Shown one piece after another: positions 36,045 through 38,552 of a stretch of DNA of 38,552 nucleotides (its first letter is position 1; the number at the start of each line of letters is the position of its first letter). Below the pieces are notes generated by a model that had not been told where the DNA came from, ran no database searches, and saw only the letters and a program-made list of their open reading frames with translations. The stretch covers positions 1 through 38,552 of the forward strand of contig DATCXE010000402.1 in NCBI GenBank assembly GCA_036565985.1. Reading direction: 5' to 3'. Source of the DNA: Bradyrhizobium sp. (GTDB lineage Bacteria; Pseudomonadota; Alphaproteobacteria; Rhizobiales; Xanthobacteraceae). Position numbers and translations under genes: made by a program.

Positions 36045-37271
36045 TCAGAGCGTCAGATTTTCGGACGGCAGACCAAGCGTCACACGTCCATAATTGGTTC
36101 CTGCCGCATCGAAATTGAATGCGAGGTGAGAGTTCACCGCGTGCGCGTCGCGGAACTGCCGCTGCAGCGCGCCGGATGTGAACAGACTACGCGCACCAGA
36201 GGCCGCAAACAGCAGCGAGACTGCGTCGGTGCAAAGGTTCACCGAGAAGGCGCCGTCCCGTCTCAGCCTGGTCTTGACCGATAGATCGGGAATGTGGGCA
36301 CGCCTTGCATCGGCCATCGCATCGATGCAGTTGGTACGCATGACGAGGCGGGCCGCGTCGATCTTGGCGGATGCTTCCGCGATCTTGATCTGGGTCGTCT
36401 GCATGTCGCTGAGCTTCGCACGATTATAGGTCGAGGCGCGATGCCGCGCGAACTCGACATAGTCGTTCAGGCAGGCCTGCGCGTTGCCGAGGCCGACACC
36501 CGACAAGACATACGGAAACAGCGAGAAGACCGGCAGCGCATAAAGCGCGCTTGGATTGACGTCGCTTCCAGGTGTTGGTCCGCCCGTAAGATCGCTCACG
36601 GCGACCGTCATCTTCTCCGCGACAAAGGTATCGGCGACCCTGACATCGTTGGACCCTGTACCGCACAGGCCCGTCGCGTTCCAGGTATCGTTGATCTTGT
36701 ATTCGCTCCTGTTGAGCAGAAATATCCGGTACTCGATGCCGTCAGCCTCATCTTCGGAAGAAACCACGCTGGCAAGCATATTCCATTCGCAAGACTCCAC
36801 GCCGGAGGAAAACGGCCAGTGGCCGTTGAGTACATAGCCGCCATCCACCCTCTTGGCGCGGCCGGCCGGGAAGATGAAGGACGACGCGATCAGGGAGTTC
36901 GCGTCTCTCCCCCAGACTGCGTCCTGAGCGTGCCGATCGAACATGCCCAGCATCCAGTGGTGGCTGGCAAGGTTGGCGAAATTCCACGCGACGGAAGCAT
37001 CTGCCTGCCCCAGTGCATCGGCACAATCGATCAACGACACATAATCGAGTTCGGAACCTCCGACACGCTTGGGCTGCACGATCCGGAACAGGCCGGCATC
37101 GTGCAAGTCGCGCTCTGTCTCCGGCGGCAGCCTCCGGAGTTCCTCGGTCCTGGACGCACGATCGCGTAACCTTGGGATCAGTGCCCTGGCACGCGCGACC
37201 ATGGCGGAATAATCCTCCGTACCAGGCCCCGCAAAGGCACCTGCATTCGGCCGGCCGCCGTCACCCACCAT
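36045..37271 (-). CDS. acyl-CoA-dehydrogenase-fold flavin-dependent monooxygenase, oxygenase component (HsaA/IacA-like)
   Basis: PKRVGGSE, ASVAW, WPFSSG, DTWNATGLCGTGSND, QRQFRDAHAVNSH. Start is 37271 or 37298. Confidence 0.9.
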   Translation of the reverse strand: MVGDGGRPNAGAFAGPGTEDYSAMVARARALIPRLRDRASRTEELRRLPPETERDLHDAGLFRIVQPKRVGGSELDYVSLIDCADALGQADASVAWNFANLASHHWMLGMFDRHAQDAVWGRDANSLIASSFIFPAGRAKRVDGGYVLNGHWPFSSGVESCEWNMLASVVSSEDEADGIEYRIFLLNRSEYKINDTWNATGLCGTGSNDVRVADTFVAEKMTVAVSDLTGGPTPGSDVNPSALYALPVFSLFPYVLSGVGLGNAQACLNDYVEFARHRASTYNRAKLSDMQTTQIKIAEASAKIDAARLVMRTNCIDAMADARRAHIPDLSVKTRLRRDGAFSVNLCTDAVSLLFAASGARSLFTSGALQRQFRDAHAVNSHLAFNFDAAGTNYGRVTLGLPSENLTL

Positions 37272-37326
37272 AGCCTTCTTCCTCACTCGCGCGGTCATCT
37301 CGCATATGCTGCGACCGAACCTTTCC

Positions 37327-37371
37327 AGTTTACCGCCTGGTCACCAATGATCAAGGCGTGCCATCGGCACG
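37327..37371 (-). promoter_or_regulatory. candidate promoter and upstream palindrome for the monooxygenase/reductase pair
   Basis: Minus strand TTGATC(37354-49)-N16-TAAACT(37332-27); inverted repeat CGTGCC-ATC-GGCACG at 37357-37371. Confidence 0.4.
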
Positions 37372-37409
37372 GCCAAACCGCGTTAGCTCCGCGGCACTCC
37401 CAAAACGGG

Positions 37410-37440
37410 AAAAAGCCCGGCAGCCAACAGGCCGCCGGGC
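37410..37440 (-). terminator. Rho-independent terminator downstream of the GNAT gene
   Basis: Minus-strand RNA GCCCGGCGGCC-UGUU-GGCUGCCGGGC-UUUUU: an 11-bp stem with one G-U pair, then a U5 tract. Confidence 0.75.
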
Positions 37441-37479
37441 GATCGCTGCAGTCGAGAGGGCAAGAACTGCGTCCTCCAG

Positions 37480-37908
37480 CTATTTGATGACCTTCCGCCA
37501 GTAGAGCGTTCGCGGCCAGGCCCAGGGGTGCCTTGGTTCGAACAGCCGGTAGCCGGCCCGGATAAAATTGTTGGCTGACGACAGATTATCGGTGGTATCG
37601 GAAACGATTGAGCGCCATCCGATCAGGCGAGCCCGCGCTTCCAGGGCCCGCATCAATCGCAGTTGAAGCCGGTTTCCCCAATGCTCGCTCAATACGCCAA
37701 CCCGACAGAAATAGCCGGCATTGCGGACGTGGGTGGAGGGAATGAGTCCGGCGAACGCAACCGACTCCGTTTTGTGAAAAGCGAGCCACCAGTGGCCCTG
37801 ATCGAACGTTGGGACCGACGCGGCGCCAAAGAAAGTCAGCCGATGGAGTTCGGCCAACGTGTCGGCGATCTCGTCATCGCTCCCATCGACGGCGCTAATT
37901 CGGTACAT
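37480..37908 (-). CDS. GNAT family N-acetyltransferase
   Basis: RVGVLSEHWGNRLQ (acetyl-CoA motif A variant), NLSSANNFIRAGY. Start is 37908 or 37944. Confidence 0.82.
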   Translation of the reverse strand: MYRISAVDGSDDEIADTLAELHRLTFFGAASVPTFDQGHWWLAFHKTESVAFAGLIPSTHVRNAGYFCRVGVLSEHWGNRLQLRLMRALEARARLIGWRSIVSDTTDNLSSANNFIRAGYRLFEPRHPWAWPRTLYWRKVIK

Positions 37909-37974
37909 TCGGCTACACCTGAGTTCCGGCTTTTCGCTGCCCACAGAGGACGTCGGACACCAGTTCAGCAGCGA

Positions 37975-38277
37975 TCATTTCCCCAGGGTCGCCTTGATGC
38001 CGAGCCACACCGCTCCGACAAACCCCGTCACGATCACAGTGATGGCAGCCTTGAAAGTATAGCTCTGCGCCTGCTCAACGCTTCTGCGCCATCGCCGCAA
38101 ATGTTGAAAGTCCGCGCGCAGCTCCCGCCGATCGTCCTCCTCGATGCCGAACGAGGTCAGAGTGGTCGCGACGGCCTTCAGGACCACGGCATCAATATCC
38201 TCCTGCCGTAGCCTTTGCTGTTCGGCCAGCGTCTCGACAACGATGGCTCTGATGTCCGCGGCCTGCACGCCAGTCAT
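37975..38277 (-). CDS. small phage-like protein with a C-terminal transmembrane helix
   Basis: 100 aa, helical and charged body, then AAITVIVTGFVGAVWLGI; ATGA-coupled to the upstream gene. Confidence 0.65.
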   Translation of the reverse strand: MTGVQAADIRAIVVETLAEQQRLRQEDIDAVVLKAVATTLTSFGIEEDDRRELRADFQHLRRWRRSVEQAQSYTFKAAITVIVTGFVGAVWLGIKATLGK

Positions 38278-38552
38278 CGCTTGATGATCCGCGCGACGTT
38301 TTCAAAACCTCGCTTGGCGAAGTAGAAAGACACCACGAGATTCGAGGTGATTGCCGCGAAGCCCGCAAGCGGATCGGTCGTGCCGAGCCCGAGGACCTTG
38401 TCCCATACCAGAAGCTTCCCGAAATAAACCGCTACAAAATAGCCCATCAGCTTGTCGGGCTCGTACCAGCGCCCGATTTCGGCGATGCGATACTGCATGA
38501 TTGCGTTCGACTCGGCGACTTGCGCCGCAATTTCGGCGGATGCGGTTTCGCT
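38274..38552 (-). CDS. holin-like membrane protein (5' end outside the window)
   Basis: Frame is open to the window edge (SETASAEIAAQVAESNAIMQYR...); two hydrophobic segments, ending VVSFYFAKRGFENVARIIKR with a basic tail. Confidence 0.55.
   Translation of the reverse strand, partial: SETASAEIAAQVAESNAIMQYRIAEIGRWYEPDKLMGYFVAVYFGKLLVWDKVLGLGTTDPLAGFAAITSNLVVSFYFAKRGFENVARIIKR

Noticed and set aside
37480-38277. GNAT toxin-antitoxin pair
   Set aside because: The upstream 100-aa protein has a transmembrane tail and no ribbon-helix-helix (DUF1778-like) pattern.

Overview
This is a high-GC alphaproteobacterial (Bradyrhizobium-like) region packed with catabolic and transport genes. From left to right: mtnA (partial) and mtnP with a divergent class II aldolase (MTA/5'-deoxyadenosine salvage, DHAP-shunt-like); an orphan TTT binding protein, a REP-like inverted repeat pair, crotonases, a class V aminotransferase and a GlcG-like protein; a DMSO-reductase-family Mo enzyme, an SDR, MmgE/PrpD and an orphan SBP; a TTT protein with a two-subunit IorAB/NicAB-like Mo hydroxylase and a signal-less ModA-fold protein; GntR, a TRAP transporter and a cyclase-family hydrolase; a Liv-type ABC transporter whose livH/livM junction carries a perfect 17-bp duplication; a Crp-type regulator; about 1 kb of apparent gene debris with a C10 tract; a candidate heteroaromatic catabolic module (xanthine-dehydrogenase-family M/S/L, crotonase, luciferase-like monooxygenase, PuuE-like CE4 hydrolase, HsaA-like monooxygenase, flavin reductase); and a terminator-bounded GNAT plus two phage-like membrane proteins at the right edge. 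I found no tRNA, rRNA, CRISPR array or transposase. Function calls come from motifs read by eye, substrates are hypotheses, and start codons were chosen from SD sites and gene overlaps.
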